Under the pieces are notes generated by a model. It was given only the letters and a program-made list of their open reading frames with translations. It made no database searches and was not told the DNA's origin. The position numbers and the translations under genes are program-made. Positions 9,326 to 20,397 of a stretch of DNA of 64,000 nucleotides are shown piece by piece (position 1 is the first letter of the stretch; each line of letters opens with the position of its first letter). Location of the stretch: positions 224,001 to 288,000 of the forward strand of contig CM000433.1 in the NCBI GenBank assembly GCA_000165345.1, written 5' to 3'.

Positions 9326-9934
9326 TTAGTTTTGGCCTGCCAATCTTAAGATCGTCTGTTCCTCAGTAGATAATTTGCTAAATACGGATTTTTGGGCAGC
9401 TCTTAGAGCCTTATCTTTGGCAACCTTCTTAACAAAGAATGCATGGGATCTCTCCTTTCTCTTTTCCTCTAATGCACTAATAGTCTTACATTTGTTGTAC
9501 CCAACTAAGGATGACAATGTTCCAAGCGTAGTGTACTTTCTTTGGGGTTTTAAACGCAATACACGAAGTGATGATGGAACAACGACACGCTTAACTTTGT
9601 CAAAGGGAGCAGGGCAGCCATCTATTGTAGTTAACCTAGCTAGTGCAGCAGCGCCTCTTGGAGTCTTATGTGGTATCATTCCGCGAACAGCTCTAAATAG
9701 AATCTTCGAAGGGGCACGATGATGGAAAGGTCCCTTTCTTGGATTTGTGTTCATTCGTTTACGTAAAAAGTCTTGGTACTTCATACGGTTTCTATAGAGT
9801 GATCCTGATATATTTATTCCTTCGCATCTTACTGCGACTATTTTCTGGCCGTTTAATAATTCCTTCGCGATCACAGATGCTAAACGCCCCAACAATGAGC
9901 CACGGCAATCAATCACAATCTTCTCTTTCATCAT
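9326..9934 (-). CDS. RPL13A: 60S ribosomal protein L13a (uL13), 202 aa
   Basis: '[92 protein letters not shown]' is colinear with eukaryotic L13a. Confidence 0.9.
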   Translation of the reverse strand: MMKEKIVIDCRGSLLGRLASVIAKELLNGQKIVAVRCEGINISGSLYRNRMKYQDFLRKRMNTNPRKGPFHHRAPSKILFRAVRGMIPHKTPRGAAALARLTTIDGCPAPFDKVKRVVVPSSLRVLRLKPQRKYTTLGTLSSLVGYNKCKTISALEEKRKERSHAFFVKKVAKDKALRAAQKSVFSKLSTEEQTILRLAGQN

Positions 9935-10116
9935 TTTCTGTTAGATAAAAATTAGGGTGAATAATCCAAGTTTTTATTTATTCTGAATTTACTAGAGTTT
10001 CAGCAAATGGTGTCAAACTATGTTACAATTATTATTCAGAGACAGACATTGCTTTATGCGCGTCTACATTTAGTGCGGTACTAATTGCCGCATTAAAATA
10101 AAAGCGGAATCAATAA

Positions 10117-10917
10117 CTAGTTCCTGAGGAATTTATGATCATTTTCCCATGGATCTAAATTTGCAATATCAATTAAGTTTTCAACATGTTCGCTCTTACT
10201 TTCAATATGTTTTAATAAATTTTTTATGCAATCAAAATATATTGGCTTCAGACCAATACTTTTAATTATTTCTTTTGCAAAATCTTCTCTAATTTGATCA
10301 TTTTCAAACTCAGAAAACTGAATCTTGACGTAATTGTTTTCATTTATTAACAAATTGATTTCGTACTTTGCCATATCACCATATTCGATATTTACAGCTT
10401 GCCCCTCGTTAATTTTTGAAGTAGGTTCAGGATTCAGATCGCATTGATTGGAATCTTGGCTAGTATGATTATCAGAATCCTGAACTTCTTTAAATAGAGG
10501 AGAATTTTGACCATATTTCATCACTTTTAATTGTTTAAAATGATTATTTAAATCTGATTTTTTGCCTATAAAGTTTTTTGTTTCCTCACAATGATTGAAT
10601 AACGCTTTATCATTTTTATCGTACTTTGATAAACAAACATCATTTTTGGAATTATATGTCAATGATAATGAATCGAATTCTTCCAGTTTATTAAATTTAG
10701 GAAAAAATGCGTTTTTAAGTAATTTTCCTATTCTTTCTTTGGCATTTGAAGACCTGTTTTTTAAACTGTTTAGTTCTAAATTATGCTGTAATATTCTGCA
10801 ATTTTCGTTGTAAAGTTCGAATATCAACTTATTTAAATCAAGAATACTATTTTTTAATCTGCCCTCAATTATAATCAGCTCTTCTAAATCAAGCATTTCT
10901 AGTATATTTGCATCCAT
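10117..10917 (-). CDS. hypothetical protein, 266 aa
   Basis: Long ORF with a true ATG (10915-10917). Helical, Asn/Lys-rich, with no recognisable domain. Confidence 0.45.
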   Translation of the reverse strand: MDANILEMLDLEELIIIEGRLKNSILDLNKLIFELYNENCRILQHNLELNSLKNRSSNAKERIGKLLKNAFFPKFNKLEEFDSLSLTYNSKNDVCLSKYDKNDKALFNHCEETKNFIGKKSDLNNHFKQLKVMKYGQNSPLFKEVQDSDNHTSQDSNQCDLNPEPTSKINEGQAVNIEYGDMAKYEINLLINENNYVKIQFSEFENDQIREDFAKEIIKSIGLKPIYFDCIKNLLKHIESKSEHVENLIDIANLDPWENDHKFLRN

Positions 10918-11017
10918 AATTGTACAAATCCCATAATATTTACTTAATTCACAAATTTCATCATGCTATTTTACGCGCGAACATATTTGCTATCCTGTCA
11001 ATAATTATTGTAAACTG

Positions 11018-14000
11018 ATGGATGTAATTTTTTCAAGAATTACACTTGAAGAGCTATCATTTCTCGGTTGGAGTGGAAGCTCTATCGATGAGTTATTTAT
11101 TAAAGTTATTTCGAGAATATTAAATGGACCATATAGAAATTTTGCATCTTTGTTTAGAAATCCTTCTTATAAAGGAAAAATAATAGAAATAATTGCTTCC
11201 CACAAACACACTTTTGTAAAGGATAAATTAAATGGAATTGTGCATTCTTTCAAGAATTGTACAGATTATTATTCTTCAGAAAATCTACTATTTGAAGCAA
11301 ATGATTGTATAAAGAATCATATATTAGACTTGAATATTTTCTCAAATATATCTGAAGTTGAAGGAAGGCTTTCTGTATACATGACAATTGCAAGTAAAGG
11401 ATTTAATGGGTGTTGGCAATATGAAATTTCAAGATTACTTAAGATGGATCCCAAAATGGTGTTTCAACACCTCAAGTATTTATATAAGTACGACAATATT
11501 GTTAGGTTCTCTATTCCAATGCCGACAAATCATAAAAAAAGATTATTTCCCAATGAAGACTCAAACTCATCTTCAGGAGGTCATCTTTCTGCAGTTATTT
11601 GGTTGACTCGGTTCTTTGACATTAATCTTATTCCTAGAGAAATTTCCCAGTTAATTTGGTATCAACACATTCAACCCCTGAGTACTGAGATTGTAAGAAT
11701 TTTAGAATATAAAGCGCCTGGGAAAATAGCATGGGAAAAAGATATTAGAGCTCTTTGCGCAGGATTTATGATCGTTCATGACGAGAATTCAGCAGATCAC
11801 CTCATCTGCTCACAGAGAACTGCCAATAAGGTCTTTAACAAATTGAGAGATTTTTTATTAACGAAAAATGTTAGAAGAGTATTCGCATGGCATCCACTAA
11901 CTAAATCATACTCTCCTTGTCTGTGCTTAAAGGATGCCTTTCCATCTACAACCATTGACTTATCGTCTGAAATTACTGTTAAGGCAGAGACTCATGTTTC
12001 TGAATTAAATATTACCAATAATGAAGACTCTAATTGTCAAAGAAATAACCCGAATAATGAAGATAAAGCTAATGCAAATAGTGGTTTTTTCCATGACTTA
12101 TATCAAGAAGAAATTCAAGTTTCCACTGGAAATAAAATATTTGAAATTACTGAAGCAGCGCAAGTCTTATGGTTAATAAGAGCCAGCGGAAGAGTTGGTT
12201 TAGTCTCTCTAGATATAGTAAAAGTATTCGGTATAAGCATGAAAAGGCTCGGAAAACTGTTATCAGACTTGTGCAAAATAAAGATAATTAATAAGATTCC
12301 GCAAAGGTATAATCGGACATTCATGTATAGATATTATTTTAATAATATTATCTTCTCTCTGAAGGCAGTCACAAATAATAAAACTGACAAATTTACGATA
12401 GATCTGGATAATTATGATAAAAATAAAGTAGACGTAAAATCTGAAATAAAAAATATTGCAATAATGTTTAGTGAAGCTTTTCCAGATAAAAAAATGGAAT
12501 TATCCGGCGTTACTGAACAATTTGTCAAAAGACTAGTCTTAATGAAAAAATGGATAGACGAGTCAAAAATTCTTACGATCCCTGAAATTGCGAAGCTTTT
12601 TTCAGAAGCTGAAAATACTCAAAACGGACCTGACAGAAAAACTATTAAAAGAATATTATCTAAAATTTTGGAATTAGATGAGTACTCGAAGGAATCAAGC
12701 ATTATTCCATGCAAAAATAATAATACATTATCTTCTTCCGGAGAAGTCACGATTTTTTTTTCTTTGAAATTTTACAGTGAAGACGAAGCGAGGGATTTAA
12801 AAGCTACTGAATTAAAAAACAAAAGATCATCTACAACTAAATCTGCAATTGAAAGAAGGAAAAAGGAACTTTCACAGGTTGCTGCAATAATTGATGCATC
12901 CAATTCGTTATCTCCAAACAAACAAAAAGAAGTTTCGGTTATTAATCAATCAAATCATTCTTCTAACGCTATTTTGTCTCAAACTGGTACAAAAGTAATA
13001 TGCGACGATCCGAATCAAGCAAATATACCGAGATTAGTAACAAATAAAATAGGAGATGCTACAGTTATGTTAAATACTCCAGATTTTATGGTTGCATCGT
13101 TAAACATAGAAATTAATGGAGATGATAATTCCGTGAATGATATATTAAGTTCTAAAATAAACAATTCTGATTCAAAACTCCATATTCCTGGGATAGAGTT
13201 TAATAAAAAAATAAGTTTTGATCCTTCAAAAAGAATTAGCCTTGGATTTTCAAATTTATCTAAGGGAGGAATAAAAATTCAGTCAAGCCAAGGAAAAATA
13301 GGATTTTTATCTTTTAGCCAAAAAATTCTTGCGCACTATGGATTTGTATTTCCCATTATGATACGTTTAAAGATTTTACATCATCACTTGCTTTTTTTAT
13401 GCAAAGAAGGTGGATTTAAATGTGATTTGCTGTCTTCTAAAGAAATTTTAGACAATATGACAATAGATACATTTCTTAGAGTAATAGGATTTGGACATAG
13501 ATCAAGATTTATTGAAGAATACCTGCTATATGGCACTAGTGAGACTTTCAAATTTGGTCAAAATACACGTATAAAAGAACTTCCATCCAATCTTTATGAA
13601 ACACTTACAAGGAATTATCCAAAAAAGTTTTTTTTTGGATATGGGAAAAAGAAACACATGAAGAATTATGAGAAAGGTAGGAAAGCAATATCTGTCCTAT
13701 ACAAACTTTTATTTCTACTTTGCAAACTTAATTTCATTAATTTTTCGATAGATGATTCTAAAGAAATTGATAAATCTAATTTTAAAATTTCAAATATTAA
13801 TCAAATGAATATAGAGAGCGTTCCAATATCATCGCCAATATGGAAATTGGAATATAACTTGAAGATTCCTATTCTTATTGATGCTGAGAAGAATGAAATA
13901 GAGAGGCTAACTGAATACATTAAGCATACAAATGTTTCATATAGTTTAAAAAATAGTGAGCAATTTGAACAATTTTGGGCAATTTTAAACAAAGAGTCTA

Positions 14001-16969
14001 TTGATACACATAACTATATTATAGAGTTTAAACCATATAACTATATTACAGTTTTCCCAGACATATTGTTGAAAAGAAATTGGAAAATTAATCCATTATT
14101 ATCAATAAATATAAGAAACCAGCTGGAAAAGTACGCTAGACAATTATTATTTGACAATGCAAATTCATCAAATACATTCGATGAACCAAAAGATAAAACT
14201 CATATTGTGTTATCATTAGCCTCACCAGAAATAAAAAATATTTCCAATGAGCTGGCAATAAGCCCTTTAACAACATTGAAATACTTAATACGTGTTGTTG
14301 ATTCGTTGTCATTAGAAGAATTCAATTTTTCAAATAATCCAGACTCTGCTAAAAGAATTAGTTTCCATCCAATTCGTGATCCCCGTTATCAATGCCATAT
14401 ATGCCATGCTTTATATTCAACACATCCAGCAATGATTTCTCATTATAAGACAATTCACAATATTTACTCGATTACAAACTCTTCAATGTATACTATAAAA
14501 AAAGACAGTTCATTGATTTCCAAAAATAAAAATATTAACTTTAATTCTACAATTAGAACTCAAATACTTAGTGAAAATTATATTCCAAATACACTAAAAC
14601 ATTTGTTGGAGACAAAAGAAACTGATAATACTTGCAATGAGATTGAAAGAACAGATAAGATTGAATTACTCAGAGCATTCTTGAGATTAAGTAAGGAAGA
14701 TATAATTTTGCTATACATTATACTATTTATCAATAATAAAGTAAATATGAAGAATAAAAAATTACTCTCTAACAATTACTTATTTAGAATACTTTCATTT
14801 TGCAAAGAAAAAAAAATTGAAAGTAATTTATTTAGCCTTCAGTTTTTGCGAATTAAGTCATTGATACAAAAAATAAGTGGAATATCAGGAAGCAACTCAA
14901 TTTGTATTATTGAATTTATTTTTTCTTGTTTAAAGACAATTTACCCTTTGAACTCAAAATTGCTGGAAGCAATAAAATTAAAAGAAAAACAAAGGATTTG
15001 TTGGAGTCATTTACTAGAAGTTAATTCATTTTCTAATAGGTGGAAAGTATTTACTACCAAAGAATCAAACTCATCTATAATAGCTTCGAACATCATACCT
15101 CTATTAGATTATTCAGTAAATAATGAATATTATCATAATTTCTCTGGTTCTGGTGGTAAGGATTCAAATATTTCATTTTCAAAAATAGATTATTTACTTG
15201 TTATTAATCTTATTAAATCAGAGTTGCTTACACAAAAAAAAATAATGCAAAAGCCAATTTTTAGGTTTGCTAATCATAATATATTAGCCGAAGAACAAAT
15301 TAAACACTACTTTGAGGACTCTATTAACAAAAATATTTTGAAACAGATTCATCGTAATTCAGATTTACCAAAATTTGAAGAATCCCTCCATAATTATTTA
15401 AATAGATTTGCACCAACTAGGAGAATGTTGCTAAACTGCTTTGGCAAGACAATTGTTTGGCGTGAAATTTTTAATCTTTGCTTTGCTTTCCTACAGATTA
15501 ATTATTCAAAAGGTACAAAATTTAATGTTAACGCTCAAAATACCAATGGAGCATTTGTGTTAAATCATTTAAATAACTTGATAGAGAATAATTGTACTTT
15601 AGAAATAGAATGGAACGATCACGATTTTTATGAAAAGGTATCAAATAAAAACGATGAAGAATTATTCAGATTATTAAATGAGGTGGTTGATCAACAAAAT
15701 TCATTTGAAGATTTCTCTGAGGAATTGAATCTGAATACTGAAAAGTCGATGTTAGATTCTCAATTTTTAAAAAATAAAATGAATCTGAATGTTACAAAAG
15801 AGAATGAAGCAATTTCGAACAAGACAGATAATCTCGGAAATTCAGAATATTTTGAAGATAGCAATAACAAAAACCCAACAATATCCAACATTACAGCAAT
15901 TTATTTAAATAAGCATATTAGCAACAAGTATCTCCCCAATTTCATGGAAGTAGAATACTCATTAATAAATATTCCATTTCTAGGTGCAATGGATTCTGAT
16001 CCCTTGGAATTTAGCAAATTGCCTTCTAATTTTTCAATTTCTGAGATTCTATTGAGTTTTTCTGAAACAAAACTAAAAAATTCAAGTAGAGAGACTATTG
16101 ACCCAATTTTTAAAATTATTAAAGCTGTTTCAAGATTCATAGTTGACTCCAGCTCAAATGAGCATAATCTAATAATGAAATCAATTTCAATTATTATATA
16201 TACATTGAAGAACAGTCCCTGGTTAACAATGAACGAAATTGAAGAGATATTTTTTTTAAAATTTTCTGATTTAATTTCTGAATTATTAATAATAGGATCA
16301 AAATTTATCGATTCGGGAATTCTTTTCTATGAATTTAGGTTACCTATTATTTATCATATTATTTATTTATTGGAAATACTTAGAATATGTATAAGAATAC
16401 CGACAGAAGGAAATTGGTTATTTTCATTATTTTGCTCTATAAATAATAAGTTAGTTGAATTTAACATTGATAATCTTAATAATAATAATAATGATAATAA
16501 TAAATTAACGAAAAATAATGGAAATATCTTAATACCAAATAATGTTCCAACAAGAATATGGCTACTTTGGTCGAATGAAGTCGTTTTACAATTATTTAAC
16601 GAAAAAGAGTTAAATTTGATCGTTAACAATATTAACAAATCTCTATTTGAAGTTTTTGAATTAAATTTTATTGTACCTCCAGAAATTTACTTGAATAGAC
16701 CACAAATCAATTGTTTCGTTTCTGTTGATGGACAAATAAATTTGCCAATTTGCGGATTATTGATTTATTTCATCTCTTCATTAATTCACAGATCGCCAAT
16801 ATTTAATTTGTCAGAATTCACCTCGCGTTTCTCTTTCTTTAGCTCCTGCGAGATTGAATTAATTCTGGAATCTATGTTTGCTGAGAATTGTCTTTACAAA
16901 GATAACACACAAATAATTTTTTCAAAGCCTATACAAGATATTTTTAAAGTTTATGAAGGATATCTATAA
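11018..16969 (+). CDS. GTF3C1: TFIIIC B-block-binding subunit (tau138 / TFC3 / GTF3C1-like), 1983 aa, with one C2H2 zinc finger
   Basis: A single 5.95 kb ORF. The C-terminal block 'VDGQINLPICGLLIYFISSLIHRSPIFNLSEF...CEIELILESM' parallels the GTF3C1 C-terminus ('[33 protein letters not shown]...LELLQGLESLGC'). The N-terminus resembles a TFC3-type winged helix ('LEELSFLGWSGSSIDELFIKVISRIL'). C2H2 finger 'YQCHICHALYSTHPAMISHYKTIHN'. Confidence 0.55.
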   Translation: MDVIFSRITLEELSFLGWSGSSIDELFIKVISRILNGPYRNFASLFRNPSYKGKIIEIIASHKHTFVKDKLNGIVHSFKNCTDYYSSENLLFEANDCIKNHILDLNIFSNISEVEGRLSVYMTIASKGFNGCWQYEISRLLKMDPKMVFQHLKYLYKYDNIVRFSIPMPTNHKKRLFPNEDSNSSSGGHLSAVIWLTRFFDINLIPREISQLIWYQHIQPLSTEIVRILEYKAPGKIAWEKDIRALCAGFMIVHDENSADHLICSQRTANKVFNKLRDFLLTKNVRRVFAWHPLTKSYSPCLCLKDAFPSTTIDLSSEITVKAETHVSELNITNNEDSNCQRNNPNNEDKANANSGFFHDLYQEEIQVSTGNKIFEITEAAQVLWLIRASGRVGLVSLDIVKVFGISMKRLGKLLSDLCKIKIINKIPQRYNRTFMYRYYFNNIIFSLKAVTNNKTDKFTIDLDNYDKNKVDVKSEIKNIAIMFSEAFPDKKMELSGVTEQFVKRLVLMKKWIDESKILTIPEIAKLFSEAENTQNGPDRKTIKRILSKILELDEYSKESSIIPCKNNNTLSSSGEVTIFFSLKFYSEDEARDLKATELKNKRSSTTKSAIERRKKELSQVAAIIDASNSLSPNKQKEVSVINQSNHSSNAILSQTGTKVICDDPNQANIPRLVTNKIGDATVMLNTPDFMVASLNIEINGDDNSVNDILSSKINNSDSKLHIPGIEFNKKISFDPSKRISLGFSNLSKGGIKIQSSQGKIGFLSFSQKILAHYGFVFPIMIRLKILHHHLLFLCKEGGFKCDLLSSKEILDNMTIDTFLRVIGFGHRSRFIEEYLLYGTSETFKFGQNTRIKELPSNLYETLTRNYPKKFFFGYGKKKHMKNYEKGRKAISVLYKLLFLLCKLNFINFSIDDSKEIDKSNFKISNINQMNIESVPISSPIWKLEYNLKIPILIDAEKNEIERLTEYIKHTNVSYSLKNSEQFEQFWAILNKESIDTHNYIIEFKPYNYITVFPDILLKRNWKINPLLSINIRNQLEKYARQLLFDNANSSNTFDEPKDKTHIVLSLASPEIKNISNELAISPLTTLKYLIRVVDSLSLEEFNFSNNPDSAKRISFHPIRDPRYQCHICHALYSTHPAMISHYKTIHNIYSITNSSMYTIKKDSSLISKNKNINFNSTIRTQILSENYIPNTLKHLLETKETDNTCNEIERTDKIELLRAFLRLSKEDIILLYIILFINNKVNMKNKKLLSNNYLFRILSFCKEKKIESNLFSLQFLRIKSLIQKISGISGSNSICIIEFIFSCLKTIYPLNSKLLEAIKLKEKQRICWSHLLEVNSFSNRWKVFTTKESNSSIIASNIIPLLDYSVNNEYYHNFSGSGGKDSNISFSKIDYLLVINLIKSELLTQKKIMQKPIFRFANHNILAEEQIKHYFEDSINKNILKQIHRNSDLPKFEESLHNYLNRFAPTRRMLLNCFGKTIVWREIFNLCFAFLQINYSKGTKFNVNAQNTNGAFVLNHLNNLIENNCTLEIEWNDHDFYEKVSNKNDEELFRLLNEVVDQQNSFEDFSEELNLNTEKSMLDSQFLKNKMNLNVTKENEAISNKTDNLGNSEYFEDSNNKNPTISNITAIYLNKHISNKYLPNFMEVEYSLINIPFLGAMDSDPLEFSKLPSNFSISEILLSFSETKLKNSSRETIDPIFKIIKAVSRFIVDSSSNEHNLIMKSISIIIYTLKNSPWLTMNEIEEIFFLKFSDLISELLIIGSKFIDSGILFYEFRLPIIYHIIYLLEILRICIRIPTEGNWLFSLFCSINNKLVEFNIDNLNNNNNDNNKLTKNNGNILIPNNVPTRIWLLWSNEVVLQLFNEKELNLIVNNINKSLFEVFELNFIVPPEIYLNRPQINCFVSVDGQINLPICGLLIYFISSLIHRSPIFNLSEFTSRFSFFSSCEIELILESMFAENCLYKDNTQIIFSKPIQDIFKVYEGYL

Positions 16970-17047
16970 TTAAATTATTATTTTGCATGTCTAAAAATGC
17001 TAAAAAATTTAGTACTTCCCTTTTGGATTCCCCTATTGAGCTACAAT

Positions 17048-19159
17048 TTAATTATCCCCATTTTTTAATATTGTAGTTGTATTAATTGGGTTTGATGTTT
17101 TTATTTGTATTATTTTCTCGTTCTCAGGTAGCAGAGTTGTATTTTGTGCAGCACAATTCAATTGCGGAACAAACTTTAATTCATTTGAAAATAAAGAATT
17201 TTGAGAATTGTTTTTACTCAAATTAGCATTAGCATTATTTGATTGACATACACCTGGAGAAATTCCAAACGGAACTGCCATTTCTGAGTGAATTTGAGAA
17301 TTTAAAGGGAAAAGGGTTAAATTTGAATCGTTTTTTTGCTTATTAATAATTCCAGAGTTATTTAATAAACTTTGTGTTTCGTATGACCCCATATGATTTA
17401 ATGGGATATAATATGGATACATAGATGAGTTAGTATTGAGTATTAAATATGGACTTGATGTTCCAGTTGGGTGCAAAATTGTAGGAAGCTGAACTTGAGA
17501 AAAGTTTCCAAGAGCAATTGATTGATTAATTCCACAAATGTTTTGTATTGAACTCCCTATTAATGAGCTATTTCTCAAAGATTCAAATAAATCTTGTTGT
17601 ATATTTTGACTTTTAGCGCTATTTTTTTCACCAGTAATAATTTGAGACTCCATGTCGACATTAACTATACTGTTTTTATGGGTGCCTCCATTATCTTCAA
17701 AATTGTTAATTGTTGCTTTAACCATTCTTGCATGCGCCATAGTAGGAGTGTCACTGCAATCAATAGATATAGGAGTTGTTCCAGCGCTTGAGCAATTACT
17801 CAAGTTATCTGACATTTGAATAGATGTTGTATTTTGGGAGGATGAAAGCATATTAAAGGCTTTTAACCTTTCTATGGTAAGGCTTGTATCAAGCTTCTTA
17901 GTATTGTCTAGATAGTTTATGAAGTCATGAAGATATGATTGTTGCTGCGCTAAAGAACTAATTACTGGGTTGAAAGTGACCGGAGAATTTTGCTGTATCA
18001 TGAATTGTGAAATCGGTACCTGCGAATTTATTTTTGAAGCGAACTGTAATTGAATTTTGCTCAAATCTAACTGTGATGATAGTGACTCAGATGAGCTACA
18101 TGATTGAAGCTGCTCAAGATGACATCTTTCATCCTTATCAAAAACAGAAGTTTTATTTAATGGTGTTGATTCTTCTGAATTATCGTTTCTATTATTGTAC
18201 TTCAGAATAGGAGCTGACAAAAAAAAGTTATGTGTTCCGTTTGTTCGTGCATATTCTAGAAATCTTTGCATGACAGTGATTAAAGTTTTTTCGGCCATCT
18301 CAGCTGTAACGTCATTTAATTCATGATCTTTTGATACTTGTAGTTTCCAAACAAGCCTAACTGATTGTAAATGATCACAGAAAACTACGTAATCTTGAAG
18401 TGCAAACTGATGGCGATAAGAATAATGCCAGTTCCTATTTAAAAAACTTGTTTGATTGCTATGCTTGGCACAATAAGTCTGTTGAGGGCATAAAGTTGCA
18501 GCAAAATAATTACAATCATCTACAACATCACCATATGCTTCGTAAACACACCTTGGAACCATTAAATTACCACCTTTTGGTGGTAGGTACAATATTTTCC
18601 ATTGCCCAACAATTTTTTCTCTTTTGTCAGCTTTTGGGATACAGTCACAAGAAGGACAAAGAGTCCACCTTTTCTTTCTACCTGTAAAGCCAACGGTAAT
18701 AACTGTTCGATCCATTGTGTCGTTAGATAATCTAGTGCTACGCTTACTAAAGTCGAAAATATAACCATCGACTTCATCTTGATGTGTAACAGCATACCTT
18801 CTTAATCCAATAGTTCCGGGCTCATAATGAGAAATGATAACATTTCTTTCAGTCTCATTAGAAACTTTTTCGAACAATTCTTTTTCAAAACTTATATTCA
18901 TAGAGTCAGCAAAACTACAGAATGAAGGTACATGACGTGGTTTCTGTCTATGAACTGGAGTTTTCGATGCATAAGGTTTACGTATAATCGTAGTTCCATT
19001 ATTTGTATTCATTCTGAGATTATTTTGCATTCCTGGATTTGAAACTGTTTCATGCATAAGCTGATTACGTTTAAAAGATAATTCCTTTATTTCATTAATT
19101 GACTCACTTGTATCCGTCTCTTTAATTTCAATTATTGGCGTTTTTTTAATTTCAAACAT
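17048..19159 (-). CDS. paralog A of a head-to-head gene pair: nuclear/DNA-binding-like protein with a conserved ~230-aa Cys/His-containing domain plus Asn/Ser/Gln-rich tail, 703 aa
   Basis: Shares with 20398..22713 the blocks 'KPRHVP', 'GTIGLRR', 'TFRG..KRW..CP', 'YFAATLCPQQTY' and a following ~80-aa region. Low-complexity C-terminal half. ATG at 19157-19159. Confidence 0.6.
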   Translation of the reverse strand: MFEIKKTPIIEIKETDTSESINEIKELSFKRNQLMHETVSNPGMQNNLRMNTNNGTTIIRKPYASKTPVHRQKPRHVPSFCSFADSMNISFEKELFEKVSNETERNVIISHYEPGTIGLRRYAVTHQDEVDGYIFDFSKRSTRLSNDTMDRTVITVGFTGRKKRWTLCPSCDCIPKADKREKIVGQWKILYLPPKGGNLMVPRCVYEAYGDVVDDCNYFAATLCPQQTYCAKHSNQTSFLNRNWHYSYRHQFALQDYVVFCDHLQSVRLVWKLQVSKDHELNDVTAEMAEKTLITVMQRFLEYARTNGTHNFFLSAPILKYNNRNDNSEESTPLNKTSVFDKDERCHLEQLQSCSSSESLSSQLDLSKIQLQFASKINSQVPISQFMIQQNSPVTFNPVISSLAQQQSYLHDFINYLDNTKKLDTSLTIERLKAFNMLSSSQNTTSIQMSDNLSNCSSAGTTPISIDCSDTPTMAHARMVKATINNFEDNGGTHKNSIVNVDMESQIITGEKNSAKSQNIQQDLFESLRNSSLIGSSIQNICGINQSIALGNFSQVQLPTILHPTGTSSPYLILNTNSSMYPYYIPLNHMGSYETQSLLNNSGIINKQKNDSNLTLFPLNSQIHSEMAVPFGISPGVCQSNNANANLSKNNSQNSLFSNELKFVPQLNCAAQNTTLLPENEKIIQIKTSNPINTTTILKNGDN

Positions 19160-20397
19160 TTTTACAACTTATTAAACGGCTTTATTTTAAATAATTTCAC
19201 TGAGAACTATCTTAATAAATACCTGAAGTTGTTAAAAAGTAGTTGTAATAATAATTTTGTCCCAGTGATTCAGATATTGATGATTCTTTTAAATAACTTA
19301 ATAAATTTTTTTTCATCTAATATAGCATTGAATTTGTAAGATACAAAGTTTTAATAAATGTTATGAGTGTCCACGTTTATCGTATGAAAGTATTCCAAAG
19401 ATATTTATTTAAATATAAATATTGTATATGCGCATATTTTTTTTAATGGAATATATATATTTTGTAATATTGTTTTAATCTATTTTCATAGACCACAATG
19501 TACCTCTAATACAACTATTGGATATAGACACTCAAATCCTATTGATTAATATATTATTATCATAAGTCCTTGCACCCAAAAGTTATTGATATAATAAGTT
19601 TTGTATTTTTGTCATCACAAGATAATAATGTGTGATGCATGCATGATTTTTGCATTTAGTGTCTACTTAGTGTGCATTTATTTGAGCGCTAATTTTTATA
19701 GGTATTAATTGTGGATTATAAAATGAGAATATAAAGCAATTATATACAATTTTTAATCTTTCACAAAACTATTACAAAGAAGCAAACACATAAATAGCTT
19801 ATGTAGTTATTAATATATTTACGGGTTTAGTCTAATAAAATTTTCATTAATTGAATTTTTAAAATAAACGACATTCCATAAAATTGCATGTAAATTTTTT
19901 TAGTAATTTACCGGTAATTAGCATATATTCATGCTTGCATGAATATACCGCCCCCACGTTAGGCGCCAACTTGCATCAATAACATACGTGTGCTAGAAAG
20001 ATATTAAAGGCAAGATTCCGCTAAAAATAGAGATATCATTATCTGCCGACATTTGTGTGAACAACTGCACGCATGTCAGGTGGCTGCTTATCCCACAAAA
20101 TAAATAATAATTAAGTATCGTATAGAGTACCATCTATAACTTTAGCTAGTGGCGAAAGTGGAAAATCTAATAATTTAAAATATTTATTAAAATAATAAAG
20201 ATATCGTCTAAAATAAAGTAAAATATAGAATTAAATACAAAAACAATAAATAAAAATTAAAACCCATTTTTTTAAAATTATAATGCAACAAGAAATTAAC
20301 CAATAAAGAAAGAGAATTAAATTACAAAAGCGTTTTTACGAAATTAGGCGATAATTGGATTATAATTTCGACATTTTCGCATTTTGCGTCTATCAAC
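19160..20397. promoter_or_regulatory. 1.24 kb bidirectional regulatory region between divergent paralogs, with a TGCATGCA/TGCATG motif cluster and an E2F-like GGCGCCAA box
   Basis: TGCATGCATG at 19636-19645. TTGCATT/GTGCAT follow nearby. TGCATG at 19885-19890. CATGCTTGCATG at 19930-19942. GGCGCCAA at 19962-19969. GCACGCATG at about 20068. Perfect palindrome ATATGCGCATAT at 19426-19437. This is by far the longest non-coding stretch in the window. Confidence 0.4.

Noticed and set aside
19160-20397. Possibility that the 1.2 kb paralog spacer hides another micro-gene like the one at 4276..5066.
   Set aside because: There are no GTAAGT/AG pairs with 40-50 nt spacing, and no coding-like frame of more than 40 codons once the AT-rich noise is discounted. 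I treat it as regulatory DNA.
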